A stretch of DNA of 64,000 nucleotides. Source: Mobula hypostoma (Eukaryota). Below are positions 24,836-36,200 of the stretch, in pieces. The stretch spans positions 25,298,001 through 25,362,000 of the forward strand of contig NC_086109.1 of NCBI RefSeq assembly GCF_963921235.1, given 5' to 3'. Below the pieces are notes generated by a model. The model saw only the letters and a list, made by a program, of their open reading frames with translations, had not been told where the DNA came from and made no database searches. The number at the start of each line of letters is the position of its first letter. The first letter of the stretch is position 1. The position numbers were made by a program, and so were the translations under genes.

Positions 24836-25281
24836 AATGAGAGAGGAGAGGCTTGCAGTTATTTATGTTAGATGCCACAAATATAGCCTAGAGGAGCTGG
24901 CTAACTTACCGAATGGAATTTAATCACCATCCACAAGCTCACAACCATTCATGTAGACTCACAAATTCTAGCACACGCATGGACACACTCAAAGAAAGGC
25001 ATGTTTTAGGATGCTCCAAAGCACTTCACAGCTAATGATATACTTTTGATTTAATGTGAGGTTGAAAACACGTCCGCTGAGCAAGATTCTACAAGCACTG
25101 ATGTGACAGTGATCAGATAGTGTGTTTTTTTTTGTCATACTGATTGACTGACACTGGAGATAAATACCTCTTTCTTTATGAAAGGAACACATATGACCAT
25201 TTGTGGCCTCAGTTTAATGCCTCCCTTGACAGGGCAGTACTTATTCAGCACAGCTAGATTTCTGATTTCTGTTGTCAAGGA

Positions 25282-25390
25282 ACACACACACAAAACTCTC
25301 TCAACACACTCTCTCTCTCTGTCTATCTCTCCCTCCCTCTCTCTTTCTCTATCCTGCCTCTCCACACACACACACACACACACACACACC
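25282..25390. repeat. Compound (CT)n/(CA)n microsatellite upstream of the KCNC4 last exon
   Basis: Directly visible. Confidence 0.9.
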
Positions 25391-25516
25391 CCCTTTGCAG
25401 GTTCAATTCCATTTTACATTATCCGTTGTTTGATCCATGTATTCATAAACTCAAAATCTGTCATTGTTTCCTATGTTTTACTTATGTTGTATTCCTGTTT
25501 TATTCTTGATACACAG

Positions 25517-25578
25517 AGAACTGCAAGGATGTCCTCACTGCTAATTACTCTCAAGCAGAAGTGCTCACTCTTTCCTAA
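25517..25578 (+). CDS. KCNC4: KCNC4 terminal coding exon (ENCKDVLTANYSQAEVLTLS*)
   Basis: Acceptor ttcttgatacacag|AG (phase 1), stop TAA at 25576-25578. Resembles the Kv3.4 C-terminal variant ending NYAQAEVLTLS. Missed by the ORF track. Confidence 0.9.
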
Positions 25579-26600
25579 TAGAGGGAAGAGAGCCAGCTGT
25601 CAAGTGTCATCTACAGTCACTCAATGACAGAGGACCAAGGGAGGCTCCGGATTGTCACAAACAATGTTGAAGATCAGAAGCTTTGAATTAACAAGTACTC
25701 ATAAACAAGTAAATTTGTTGTAATATATATATATTCAATCCTGTAAAAGCATGAATGCATGGTGGTCCTGTAAATTATGTATTATGAAGAGAAAAGTTAT
25801 AAATATATATATATATTATATATAAACATTTCTATATGAATTATAGACACTTGTTAACATCTAAATCATAATGTGCAAAAATATTTGAATTCCAGCAATA
25901 GATTGATGATCCTCATTGTAATACTTCTGTTGCACATTTTATACTTATGTACTCTTGTCTACTGTTCAGTAAGAAGAGAGATGTATGAATTTACCTCAAA
26001 GTGCTTTATTGTGATGACTGTTGTGCTTAAGTTTGTGTCATATTCTAGCAGCAGAGTTAAAATGTCAGAAGTTCTTTGAAGCCCACGTTATTTCATGTGA
26101 TCTAAGTCTCTTCACAACATTGATCCACATCAAGGTCTTCTTTGTAGAGGTGAATTTAATTCTGGTGTTCTGAAGGGAATCAAAGGATGAAGCAAGTTGC
26201 CCTTGGGGTAAATCTGAAGTAAGTATGGAAAAATGGAAATTATACCGCATGGCAGAAGAACAGCTCTAGAACATAATCTGCAGCTGTAACAGGGCTGTTC
26301 TAGAATGCCGACTAACCTACAGTGTATTTCCAGAATGTTCTTATTATCCTAGAGGAGTGAAAGAACTCTGGTGGGAAGTTGTGATATGGAATGAGAGGTC
26401 AAGTTTTCACACACACTCCAAAAGGATTGTCGTACCGTTCAGTGTACCGTGTCTCTGGTGTCTTGATGTCATGTCTGCATGTTGTTGAGTGTGAAACTTT
26501 GTGCAGCAGTGCTGGGAAGGAAATAAAGGGTTACTCTTTTCATGTGAACTTTATGTTTCTTTTCTTTCTATCTCAAAATGGAGCTGTTTGCAAACACTCG
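25579..26600 (+). other. KCNC4: Probable KCNC4 3' UTR (end not defined)
   Basis: Non-repetitive AT-rich sequence after the stop codon; AATAAA near 26522; CR1 sequence starts ~26655. Confidence 0.45.
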
Positions 26601-26654
26601 CAGCATCATTAAAAACTTGGCACAGGAGGAGGTCAATTAGGCTGATTATACTAT

Positions 26655-27120
26655 TACAGAGTAATAGTCCATGAAAACAAGCCCTTTGGCCCAACTTCTC
26701 CATGCCAACCATGATGCCTGTCTAAGTTAATGCCATTTTCTGGCATTTGATCCATATCCCTCTGAACCTTTCCTGTCCATGGAGCTATGCAAGTGTCTTT
26801 TAAATTTATTATTGCACCACCCTCAACCACTTGCTCTGGCAGCCTGTTCCATATATGTGCCACCCTCTGCATTAAGATGTTGTCCCTCATGGGTCCTTTT
26901 TAAATCTTTCCCTTCTCTCCTTAAGCTGATGCAGTCTAATTTTCAATTCTGTTTTCTTGTGGAAAAAAAAATGACTGCAATCTTTCTATCTATACTTCTC
27001 ATGATTGCATATACATCTATAAGGTCACCCCTTAGTGCCTTGCACTCCAAAGAACAAAGTCCTAGCCTGCCCAACCTCTCCTTATAACTCAGGTCCTCGA
27101 GCCCTGGTAACATTGTCGTA
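26655..27120 (-). mobile_element. CR1 3' fragment
   Basis: QRVAHIWNRLPEQVVE ORF and CR1 3' UTR. Confidence 0.75.
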
Positions 27121-29044
27121 ATTCATACCCGTACTAGTTCTCTGAGCAGGATATCCAACCCCCTTTCATTTTCACAATTACCCTGCAAAATATTTTCTAT
27201 CCATGTATTCATTTGTTTTCCTTCTGAAAGGTAATTTCCATCTACTTTTCCCAGACGTTCAGGCAGTGCATCTGGTCCCATGACCATTAAAGTTTGGGCA
27301 TAGGTCTCCTTGGAATTGCTGTTCCTGCATTTCCTTACCATAGGGGTTCCCAACCTTTTTAATGTCAGGGATCCTTACAATTAACCAAATGGTCTGTAAA
27401 CCCCAGGTTGGGAGTCTCTGGTTTAACATTAACCAGCTTAGTTTATACTGCTTTTTTTCTTAGTTCCTTCCAGGGTGCCTTATTTCATAATTCTTGATAG
27501 TAAGTATCATCAGACATTCATTTGATTATTTTAACAATTCATCTCTGCCATCTTAAATCCTTTTACTAACCTAAATGTTTACTGTTTTTCCCAGTTTTGT
27601 ATCCTCTCAGACACTGAAATTATGCCTGTTTTCACGAGTCTGGATATTGAATAGACCATTGGCCGTAATACTGACCCCAGGAGCATCTGTTCAACCAGAC
27701 AAGAAGCATTCACCATTACTCTCTGCTTTCTGACGTGCAGGCAATTTTATGCCAACATTTCTCCTGTCCCTTTCATTCCATGGTTTCAATTTATATTGCA
27801 CACACTTTATCAAATGCCTTTTGAAAGTTCATCTACAGAATGCAGTCCTATTACGTTACTAAGCTCTATCACTTTATCATGAAACTAATCAATTTACCCA
27901 TGCAAAATGTGAATTTGACTATCAAAACAAATTTGCCTACTGCTCGGCAGGATTCCTGGCGTATGATTGATCGGTGTGACTCAGATGCCAAGATACTGTT
28001 CAAATTAGAGTTGGTAATCTAACTAAGTACAACCGAACCAGGTTACGCATGGAAGGCTTCCAGCAATCTCCTTCCCCTGTCTCCATTCTTCTTGCCTGCT
28101 GTCAGCTATATCCTGCTGCCTTCTGATGACCTGGGTAGGAAGATGAACCAGTGCATTTCCACCTGGAATGGAAGATTACTGCAACATTTGCTACAGAAGT
28201 CAGGCACAAACATTTTTTGATACCCCGTATCCTCTAACTTAATCAATAAGAAGCACATCTCCTCGTTTGCATAAAATTAGAACTGCATAATAATAAAAAA
28301 AAACAGCAGCCCATTCATTTCCTCTGAGCTATTGATTTTGGTCAGCTTTCTTGATTTCCTCTTGTCTCTGTGGGTCCAAAGAGGGAACCAGTTCCCTGGA
28401 AAGAATGTAGAGAAATGAAAATGTGATCCCTTCAATTGAACATTGACTAATTGGACCATTTGAGAATAGAAAAGAGCAAATCAAATTACATTTCTAATCT
28501 AATGATGTACTGCAAATGTCAAACTAAAATCAACCAGAGAAGCCTAATGTTTTCCATTAAAGATGAATCTATAGAATTGTCTCTTCTGAGGTAACACAGT
28601 CTCGCTATCTTGGAAACGCCAGTCTCTTTCAGCATCAGACCATTTGTTTCTGGCACAGCTCAATTGTTTCAGTTAACATTCACATTTATGAGATTGTTTC
28701 TATTGAAGAACAATTTACATTTATATAGAAAATATCTCAGCTTAATTTTGAAACCAGGGTTCTGGTGAGTAGCAAGTGTTAAGGTGGAATCAAAGTGAAA
28801 GGACACAAATTAAGAAACTTCACTGTCACTATTTTGGGATAATTATGAAGAATGCTTTGCTGCTGAGGCATTCACGCCTTAAGTAGTGGGTTTGGAAATT
28901 TCCTTTTTGAATCTCCCAGTATGCTATTTCCCCTCACACCTTACAATGACCACATTTTCTTCCAAGCTTGTGATCATCCTAGCACCCAGTGTCTGACTGT
29001 CCTGTGTTATCAGGAAGAATAAACACAAGAGAGAGGAGGAATAC

Positions 29045-29660
29045 TCCCGTCGCGGCCTCCTCTATATCGTTGAGACCTGACATAGACTGAGGGACCGCTT
29101 TGTCAAGCACTTTCACTCCTCCTATAAAAAGCAGGACTTCCCGGTGGCCAAACATTTTAATTCCAATTCCTAATCCCATTCTGGCACATCAGTCCATGGC
29201 CTTCTCTTCTGCCATGATGAGGGTACACTCAGGTTAGAGGAGCAACACCTCATATTCCATCTGGGAAGCGTCCAACCTGATAGCATGAAAATCAATTTCT
29301 TAAACCTCTGATAACTGTCCCCCTCCCTCTTTCCTCTTCTTCAATTCCTAACTCTCCCCCTCCCCCCCCCACTTACCTCTTCTCATCTGCCTATCACCTC
29401 TCCCTGGAGCCCCTCCTCCTTTCCTTTTTCCCATGGTCCAGTCTCCTCTCCTATCAGATTCCTTCTTCTCCAGCCACCAGGCTTTACCTAGCACCTTTTA
29501 GTTTATATTTCTTCCCCTCCCCCCACCATCTAATTCTGCCATCTTCCCTCTTCCTTTCCAGTCCTGACAAAAGAGCTTGGCCTGAAATGTTGATTGTATA
29601 TTCATTTACATAGATGCTGCCTGACCTGCTGAGTTCCTCCAGCATTTTGTTTTGTATCTT
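29045..29660 (+). mobile_element. Degenerate Penelope-like fragment
   Basis: Colinear with the 4320-4926 copy. Confidence 0.7.
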
Positions 29661-30147
29661 GCTCTGTAATTAGGAAGAAACTTGGACTGCTGCAGGTGGC
29701 TGGGAGAATTATTTTCAAATTAAGATATTTTCCAATTAAGATGTATCTGAGTTATAAAATAATAAGCTTTATACAAATAACTTGCTTGAAAAATAATATT
29801 TGCTCTAGTTGGAATAAGGTAGATTTTACACAGTATCATAATTATATTATGCAAATAGTTGGTTAGACAGGTGTGATGATAGATATGGGTTTAGTTAGTA
29901 GACCAGAGAAACAGAAGTGTAGATTTTAATAGTAAATTATCTCTTTTGTTTTCCAACAGCACACACCACTGTGATAACAATAAAATATAGACTGCATGTG
30001 CTGGATACCTGAATTAAAATGGGGTGGCACACAGTAAATAGGTTGAATCTGACCTCCATGGTTGTCTGAGTAGAGTTTGTTACTTTATGGGTTTTCAGTC
30101 TCTTGGAGTAAAGGGAAGTTACATCATCTCAGAGTTAAGAAAGTGCA

Positions 30148-30410
30148 ACACACATAAAAATTGCTGGTGAACGCAGCAGGCCAGCCAGCATCTATAGGAA
30201 GAGGTACAGTCGATGTTTTGGATCTCCCCCTCCCCCTCCCACTTTCAAATCTCTTACTATCTCTTCTTTCAGTTAGTCCTGACGAAGGGTCTCGGCCCGA
30301 AACGCCGACTGTACCTCTTCCTATAGATGCTGCCTGACCTGCCGCGTTCACCAGCAATTTTTATGCGTGTTGCTTGAAATTACAGCATCTGCAGGTTTCC
30401 TCGTGTTTGC
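30148..30410 (+). mobile_element. Short foldback Penelope pLTR insertion
   Basis: TSD GTTAAGAAAGTGCA (30134-30147 / 30411-30424); hammerhead at ~30274-30311 with the cleavage-site TC changed to CC. Confidence 0.85.
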
Positions 30411-31126
30411 GTTAAGAAAGTGCAGTGCAGTGCAGTTTTAGTGAAATGCTTAAAATGGTGAAAGGAATCAGTAGAATTTTAGAGAGAAACTATTTCCTTT
30501 GATGGGGGATCTGAAACAAGGCTGCATCAGCTTAAAGTTAGAAAGTTAAAGGTGTGGATGCTGGAGGTCTGTGGCAGTTCAGGCAGAGGGAAAAACAGCT
30601 AACATTTCAGGTCGATGAGACTCCATTAACCTGAAATGCTAACTGTTTCTCTCTCTCCACAAACCCTGTCTGGTGTTTTGAGCATTTCCAACACCATTTG
30701 TTCAATTTTGATGATTTTGCTTTCCGTTGGCAAAAGGTATGGAGGAATATAGAGAATAAAGGTGGGTAAATTGAGCTTTGTGAATCAGTCATGAGGTCAA
30801 ATTGTCCACAGAAGTTGCATCAACTTCTCTTGACAAGTTAACTGTTTCATACTGATGAAAATGAGATACCCTTTGATTCAGGTTCAATTATGGATTTATT
30901 TATCACATGTACATTGATACATACAGTGAAGTGCGTTATTTGCATTAATAACCAATAGAGCCAAGGATGTGCTGGGGGCAGTCTGCAAGCATCCCCAAGC
31001 ATTTCAGCGCAGACATAGCATGCCCACAATGTTCAAAACAACAACACAGCACAATACAGAACACAGAACACAGAAGAAAACAAGCAATATCATCAGAACA
31101 AACAGGACAACAAGAGCTAAACAAGC

Positions 31127-32156
31127 AACCCACACAAAATGCTGGAGGAACTCAGCAGGCCAGGCAATGTCCATGGAAAAAAGTACATTCTTCCGCATCT
31201 GCTCTCAGGATGAGGCTTTTCATTCCAGGATGAAGGAAATGTCCCCCTTCTTCAAAGAAAGGGTCTTCCCTTCCTCTATTATCAAAGCTGCCCTCAACCA
31301 CCTCTCTTCCATTTCACGCACGTCTGCTCTCACCCCATCCTCCTGCCACCCTACCAGGGATAGGGTTCCTCTTCTGTTCACCTACCACCCCACCAGCCTC
31401 CATGTCCAGCACATAATTCTCCGCAACTTCCACCATCTCCAATGGGATCCCACCACCAAGCACATCTTTCCCTCCACCTCCCCCCCCAGTATCTGCTTTC
31501 CTCAGAGATCGCTCCCTACGTGACTCCCTTGTCCATTCGTCCCTCCTCACTGGTCTCCCAGTGGCCACCCATTTTAATTCCACTTCCCATTCCCATTCAA
31601 GTATGTTTAAAGGCCTTCTCCATTGTTGTGATGAGGCCACACTCAGGTTGTAGGAACACCACCTTATATTCCATCTGGGTAGTTTCCGGCTTGATGGCAT
31701 GAACATCAATTTCTCGAACTTCCGGTAACGCTCCACCTCCCCCCCCTCACCATTCCCCATTCCCTTTTCCCTCTCACCTTATCTCCTTGCCTGCTATTGC
31801 CTTCCTCTGGTGCTCCTCCCCTCCCCCGCTCTTCTTTCTTCCATGGCCTTCTGTCTTCTTCTATCAGACTGCCCCTTCTCCAGCCCTGTATCTCTTTCAC
31901 CAATCAACTTCCCAGCTCTTGACTTCATCCTTGCCCCTTCAGGTTTGCCCTATCACTTTGTGTATCTCTCTCCCCTCCCCCCCACCTTTTAAATCTACTC
32001 CTCAGCTTCTTTTCTCCAGTCCTGCCGAAGGTTCTCGGCTCAAAACGTCGACTGTACTTTTTCCATCGATGCTGCCTGGCCTGCTGAGTTCCTCCAGCAT
32101 TTTGTGTGTGGTGCTTGGATTTCCAGCATCTGCAGGTTTTCTCTTGTTTGTGATTA
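31127..32156 (+). mobile_element. Penelope-like element fragment with 5' inverted pLTR
   Basis: TSD AAGAGCTAAACAAGC (31112-31126 / 32157-32171); RICSQDEAFHSRMKEMSPFFKERVFP is PLE post-RT linker-like; degenerate hammerhead near 32017-32054. Confidence 0.8.
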
Positions 32157-34102
32157 AAGAGCTAAACAAGCCCCTTTTCCACCCTCCCATCCCCTCACAC
32201 GCACAGGCCTCCAACCATAGGGCCTCCGATCCTTGCTCTGAAACTCGCAGACGTCGGGTCTCCAGTGTGATGATTTGAGGTTCTAACCTGCTCTCCGCAC
32301 TCCAGATGAGACATGAAACAACTGAAAATCACTGAAATGTGACTTCAGCACCAGTGAATTGAGTTCACTTGAGATAAAGATGGACATGTTTGAAAGGCCT
32401 CTATTTCCTTTGCCCTTTTCCTGGATTTGTCCCTAATCCTTAATAATTTATTGAGGGTATTTGGAGCTTGCTGTTCCAAGTGCTCTGTTTCTTACTTACA
32501 GTTTGGCTTATTTCAGTCTGCAGGCCATGAACTACTGAAAGTATCAATGTTTGATTTACACACAGGATATAGAATATAACTAAGTGATATGATGCAATAG
32601 GTTTCTGCTACCTATAACAACATAAATCATTGTTCATTCCTAGAATAATTTAACAGAATCCCATCCTTAGCACCAAGGAAACAAGATTAGACGAAGTCTG
32701 GCTGAAGTGAGTTTCATGCTGAAACATTCCTATGACAGAGCTGCATCTTCTTTGCAGTGTTCTCTGACCTCCCACCAAGGATATGTGGGGCACCAATCAA
32801 ATATCTAAAGGACTTCATGTCTCAAGCCTCTTTATTATTTGTTTAGTCTGGTGGCCCTATGAATTGCACTTGGGAGATTGTATTGTCCTTGCATGATAAA
32901 ATGGGAGCAGGAGTTGACCTCACAGTTCCATGACTATGTTTTGACAGTCAATAAAGTAATGGTGATTTTACCCTTAGCTTCAGTCTTCCCAGACCTCATA
33001 GCCTTTTATTTCCTGACCATCCAAACCTTGCTGCTTTCCCCAATAAATATAGTTAAAAATTCAGCATCTATGGACCTCTATATGAGAGGGTACCAAAGTC
33101 TCACTATCTTTTGAGGAAATAAGTTCTTACTCTTTGCAATCTTATGTGACTGTAACAATGAGTATATTTCTTGACTCCCTTATCTGGGTAAGCATCCTCA
33201 TTGAATTAAGTCTTTTCTTCGGAGCTGCCTCATAATTTTTTAATGAGATCATTTTTCTCAGAGAGTATAGGTCCAATCTCATCATTTTTCTTCTCTCGTG
33301 GGGCAACACCCTTTCCCCTCTCAGGAATCAATCTAATGAACCTTTGCTGCATTACTGGTCTTATTCCCATTGTACTCAGTTTGGTATTACTGTTAGCCAT
33401 GGACAACCACATGCTTATTTTCTCAAAGACATTGGTTGAGCTATTCAGGACCTAGAGGCTTTTAGTGGATAAGAGGAAATGGATGGCCAACTCCTTTTGA
33501 TTGATCAACCTGAAACCAACTTTCTCTAATGAGACAATTTACTGAATTATTTAAGAACATTTAACATCGTGTTCACTTTCCATATTCATTCCTCACTAAG
33601 AGAGTAAGGAATGTCAGGCTTTGCTCAGTGATCGTAGATTGCATTATGCTGAAACCATTGGCATTGTCTGTAATTAAAGCTAGGAGTCTGAATACAATCA
33701 ACATTAGAGACGAGAGGACAAATGGTTTAAAAAGAGAATGCTCTTTTCCCTTCCAAATAAATAGTTTAACCATCGGAACTCCTGCCAAACTTAGGCCCTC
33801 AAGGGCCCTCTACCAATGTAGTGTAGGGTTTTATTCCATCAGAGGTCCCAGAAGTAATTGACTTTGGTGACTGTTCCTTGAAAGTTGATGTAATAATAAA
33901 AATAGTTCTGGATAAAAATAGACTGGCTAGATATTCTGTAATCTTCCTATCTCTGAAGTCTGCAAACTTTCAGGCTTTCTGAGTGACAACTTAATGCCAA
34001 GTTTCATCTTTTCTCCATCAGCTTCTGAGTTCAAGACTCACCATGGGACGTGACTCTATTTTTTAGATTGAAAGCTCAAGGCAATAATAAGACAGCACTA
34101 CA

Positions 34103-36200
34103 TGAAACATAGAAACATAGAAAATAGGTGCAGGAGTAGGCCATTCGGCCCTTCGAGCCTGCACCGCCATTCAGTATGATCATGGCTGATCATCCAACTC
34201 AGAACCCTGTACCAGCCTTCCCTCCATACCCCCTGATCCCTTTAGCCACAAGGGCCATATCTAACTCCTTCTTAAATATAGCCAATGAACTGGCCTCAAC
34301 TGTTTCCTGTGGCAGAGAATTCCACAGATTCACCACTCTCTGTGTGAAGAAGTTTTTCCTCATCTCAGTCCTAAAAGGCTTCCCCTTTATCCTCAAACTG
34401 CGACCCCTCGTTCTGGACTTCCCCAACATCGGGAACAATCTTCCTGCATCTAGCCTGTCCAATCCCTTTAGGATTTTATACGTTTCAATCAGATCCCCCC
34501 TCAATCTTCTAAATTACAATGAGTATAAGCCTAGTTCATCCATTCTTTCATCATATGAAAGTCCTGCCATCCCAGGAATCAATCTGGTGAACCTTCTTTG
34601 TACTCCCTCTATGGCAAGGATGTCTTTCCTCAGATTAGGGGACCAAAACTGCACACAATACTCCAGGTGTGGTCTCACCAAGGCCTTGTACAACTGCAGT
34701 AGTACCTCCCTGCTCCTGTACTCGAATCCTCTTGCTATAAATGCCAGCATACCATTCGCCTTTTTCACCGCCTGCTGTACCTGCATGCCCACTTTCAATG
34801 ACTGGTGTATAATGACACACAGGTCTCGTTGCCTAATCGGCCACCATTCAGATAATAATCTGTTTTCCTGTTTTTGCCACCAAAGTGGATAACTTCACAT
34901 TTATCCACATTGAATTGCATCTGCCATGAATTTACTTACTCACCCAACTTATCCAAATCACCCTGCATCCTCTTAGCATCCTCCTCACAGCTAACACTGC
35001 CGCCCAGCTTTGTGTCATCCGCAAACTTGGAGATGCTGCATTTAATTCCCTCATCCAAGTCATTAATATATATTGTAAACAACTGGGGTCCCAGCACGGA
35101 GCCTTGCGGTACCCAACTAGTCACTGCCTGCCATTCTGAAAAGGTCCCATTTATTCCCACTCTTTGCTTCCTGTCTGCCAACCAATTCTCTATCCACATC
35201 AATACCTTACCCCCAATACCGTGTGCTTTAAGTTTGCACACTAATCTCCTGTGTGGGACCTTGTCAAAAGCCTTTTGAAAATCCAAATATACCACATCCA
35301 CTGGTTCTCCCCTATCCACTCTACTAGTTACATCCTCAAAAAATTCTATGAGATTCGTCAGACATGATCTTCCTTTCACAAGTCCATGCTGACTTTGTCC
35401 AATGATTTCACCGCTTTCCAAATGTGCTGTTATCACATCTTTGATAACTGACTCTAGCAGTTTCCCCACCACCGATGTTAGGCTAACCGGTCTATAATTC
35501 CCTGGTTTCTCTCTCCCTCCTTTTTTAAAAAGTGGGGTTACATTAGCCATCCTCCAATCCTCAGGAACTAGTCCAGAATCTAACGAGTTTTGAAAAATTA
35601 TCACTAATGCATCCACTATTTCTTGGGCTACTTCCTTAAGCACTCTGGGATGCAGACCATCTGGCCCTGGGGATTTATCTGCCTTTAATCCCTTCAATTT
35701 ACCTAACACCACTTCCCTACTAACATGTATTTCCCTCAGTTCCTCCATCTCACTGGACCCTCTGTCCCCTACTATTTCCAGAAGATTATTTATGTCCTCC
35801 TTAGCGAAGACAGAACCAAAGTAATTATTCAATTAGTCTGCCATGTCCTTGCTCCCCATAATCAATTCACATGTTTCTGTCTGCAGGGGACCTACATTTG
35901 TCTTAACTAATCTTTTTCTTTTCACATATCTATAAAAGCTTTTACAGTCCGTTTTTATGTTCCCTGCCAGTTTTCTCTCATAATCTTTTTTCCCCTTCCT
36001 AATTAAGCCCTTTGTCCTCCTCTGCTGAACTCTGAATTTCTCCCAGTCCTCAGGTGAGCCACTTTTTCTGGCTAATTTGTATGCTTCTTCTTTGGAATTG
36101 ATACTAACCCTAATTTCCCTTGTCAGCCACAGGTGCACTACCTTCCTTGATTTATTCTTTTGCCAAACTGGGATGAACAATTGTTGTAGTTCATCCATGC
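34103..36200 (-). mobile_element. Young 5'-truncated CR1 LINE (ORF2 RT)
   Basis: 298-aa ORF with [36 protein letters not shown]; (TATGTTTC)n tail at 34103-34123; few lesions. Confidence 0.95.
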
